In this document: one piece after another, positions 61,401-64,000 of the stretch
How positions within the stretch are numbered: the stretch's first letter is position 1
Layout: the number at the start of each line of letters is the position of its first letter
Assembly (NCBI GenBank): GCA_024704765.1
Contig: JAKMXF010000332.1
Span: forward strand, 8,259 to 72,258
Source of the DNA: Oopsacas minuta
Taxonomy: Eukaryota; Animalia; Porifera
Direction: 5' to 3'
DNA length: 64,000 nt
Position numbers and translations under genes: made by a program
Notes under the pieces: generated by a model
What the model was told of the DNA's origin: nothing
Databases searched by the model: none
The model's input: only the letters and a program-made list of their open reading frames with translations

Positions 61401-63820
61401 ATTAGACATCGATAAAGTATGCCTATCAGAAGGTGAATCATTTAAATTGATAAAATCAGATGTACCAACATGGTCAAAACCAGGTGATAATTATATTCTT
61501 AATTCCTTATGCTTTCAAGCAAACTTTAGTTGCTTATCGATTCAATATAATTTTTCGCATAGTTCAGTGTCAACCAGATTGCTTCTCAGAACCAGAAATG
61601 AAACAAGTAGAGATGCCTATAATTGACCAGTATGTAAAACTATTGATATTGAAGTCTCACATATATGAGTTAGAGGATAGTGAATATGTTATAATTGCAG
61701 ATTATGATCACTCACAAGGTAAATATACGTTATTATCACTATTATTGTTGTCTGTTTGCATGTTTGTCTCTCTGCTCCGGTTCGTAGGGCCCAACACATT
61801 TATTTCGGTTAATCGGGTAAAATGGCTTGGTCCTAAGTGACCCTATTAATCGGAGTCTACTGTACATTTACTATTCTCACTACCAAAACTAAACACTATG
61901 TATTTCAAGGAACCGTTGTACTAAACAAAAGGAGAATCATAATTGAAACAAACAGCAATCTATGCGCCAATTGTTATAGTGATACTTGTTATCATTATCA
62001 AGCATTTGAACTCTGTTCACAAAATGATTGTTTGCAAGTTTGTGAAGCAAACATTCTAGAAGATATAATATATTATTTCTCAAGTCCTAACGATATCTTT
62101 CTGTTGACAGATGATACTTTTCACAACTTCAAATTGAATAATGATAGGTGGTTATGTTGTTCTTGTTCTTCAAAGTGCAAACAACATTCTAGACTCCATA
62201 ATATTATCGAAAATACTGGATCAAATACACAGAAAAAGTTTGAATATAACACGATATCAACAAGAGCAATACCATTCAATCTAGATGAAAGCCAAATAGC
62301 AATTTACAACCATCAGCTCTGCCATGGCATCAATTTACCTTTAAATATGTATCCTGAAAAGGAATTATGTGACTATGGTTTCAAATTCAATGAAGAGGAG
62401 AAGCTTAAACTAGAGAAGGTTGGAATAGTTATCTATTTAGAAAATGATATTAATGAATTCACAGATTACAAAGGTATATATTTATCATCAATGAACCATT
62501 CGCTCGGTCACAATTTTAATTTAGTATGGTGGGTTATTCTACGTATTTAGCCGTTGAAAACAAGTCTTTGCAATTATAAAGGAATTTCAATAAATATTTG
62601 GTCTACATATAAGATTGTTCATTCGATTGCAATGAACTCGTCCCAATTTACCTCCTCCTTAAATTTTCCTGTGCTTGGTAACTCAGTAATTATATTGTAA
62701 GTATATAGTTTACAGTTCAAGATGCAGTGGACCTTGCAATTGCTTGGCAGTCTTCGAAGGTCAGAACAGTTTACTGTTAAACATCAACAACAAGTACTTT
62801 GTTCATTACAGTTTGTTATATGATTATAGCGAGTTGATGACCATGTCTAGAAATACTTTGTACGGTTACTTGAGGTATGTATTGTTTTAAATCATATTCT
62901 TGATAAATTAAAATTCCTATATACATACAATCTAATTCTTCGTGTTACTTTTTAGTGCCAAGAACAGGAAGCTTATCAGAATGGGTAGAACGAATAGATT
63001 CCATTATCACATTGTTTATCAGGCATGGAACGCCTATCTAAGAACAGTAGACATAGATTATGACTCGAACTACATATGTCCAAAGTGTAAAAATCATCCC
63101 GATGTGATAATTTTAGATGGCATAGCGATGGGAACAATGAAATCGGTACCAGAAGTGGATGCAAAATTCGATCAGGATCAGCAATTCCCTATGATCCCAT
63201 TTTCAGATCGTGTTTTTATCCCCGACACAGCAATTAGAAAGCAACTCCTTAAATACTGTTCTGAAGGTTTGACAGAAAATACACTAAAAGACCTATTGAA
63301 GTCTATTCATAAAGAAATGGCTGATTATATTTTATTTAGTTCCATTAGCATTAGGACACAAAATTTAGTGACTATAAGTGAAGAATATATACACGTTAAG
63401 AAAGTCATAAAACTCCTTTGCCATACAGATCCAATATCAGGAGTATTCCAATTCTCTCTGCTGGAACCGAATGAACGAAAAGCAATAGCTCTTCTTGCCA
63501 ATGGAAAATCAGCAAGTGAAGATTCCTTAAATTCAATATATCAGAAGATGTATACATTGGATATCTTATTCAATTCTATCAAAGCTAATGAAGATATCAC
63601 ATGCACAGGGTTTGTCACTTTACATCCCAAAGTTTTCCTGCTGTTGAAAAGAATCCTGACACAAATAGAGAGTTTATTTAGTAGAGCGTCAAGAAAATTA
63701 GTGGAATATTCTCAACAAAGCGAAAACTATTACAATTATTTCCCAGCATTCACAACAAACTACGAGGTATTAAAAAGTACTGTGCGCATGTCCATTAGGT
63801 ACTGTGCGCATGTCCATTAA
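61401..63820 (+). CDS. Multi-exon Cys-cluster gene resembling KDZ (Kyakuja-Dileera-Zisupton)/HMGXB3-like transposases; 5' start missing here, 3' end replaced by a tandem repeat
   Basis: Cys-rich segments (CANCYSDTC, CCSCSSKCKQH, LCDYG) and AWNAYLRTVDIDYDSNYICPKCKNHPDVIILDGIAMG (CxxC followed by a DG motif). Exon structure is only partly resolved and the family call is from memory. Confidence 0.45.
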
Positions 63821-63943
63821 GTATTGTGCGCATGTCCATTAAGTACTGTGCGCATGTCCATTAAGTACTGTGCGCATGTCCATTAAGTACTGTGCGCATG
63901 TCCATTAGGTACTATGCGCATGTCCATTAGGTACTGTGCGCAT
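63775..63943. repeat. 22-bp minisatellite A(A/G)GTACTGTGCGCATGTCCATT, about 7.7 copies
   Basis: Head-to-tail units with no spacers. Confidence 0.95.
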
Positions 63944-64000
63944 AGGGATTCATGTACCATAGTAGGCGTATATTATACAGATTAAGTTATATTAGACTGC

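Noticed and set aside
63775-63943. Possible CRISPR-like array
   Set aside because: Units are contiguous with no unique spacers, the context is eukaryotic and there are no cas genes.

Overview
AT-rich eukaryotic (animal) genomic DNA with single-N contig joins at 2285, 7253 and 9584 and an N gap at 9775-9938. Genes are compact, mostly intronless or with ~50-nt introns. This organisation resembles a non-bilaterian such as a glass sponge, but that is inference only. Host genes: a 5' FEM-1-like fragment, the 3' exons of a glycosylated coiled-coil protein, a CARD-like plus C-terminal TM protein, two inverted divergent actins, an ankyrin/BC-box protein, a SAXO/STOP-repeat protein, SS18, an RDH-type SDR, SLC35C2 and a decayed sugar transporter. 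Much of the rest is DNA-transposon material: pogo/Tigger, mariner, DD37D maT (one intact), DD41D, hAT, a Chapaev-like and a KDZ-like gene, Helitron-like relics, MITEs and foldbacks. The stand-out is an apparently intact RAG1-like Transib element at 13543-16707, nested in a DD41D element. It encodes a 731-aa ORF with the RAG1 catalytic and Zn ligands, an NBD-like segment and a C-terminal CxxC-GH-C tail. Its ends are asymmetric and RSS-like: CACAGTG, a 19- or 10-nt spacer, then AAAGAATAG. A near-identical second end at 7254-7421 is fused to the tail of a paralogous transposase. No RAG2-like ORF was seen. All family assignments come from motif recognition by eye; no database searches were run.
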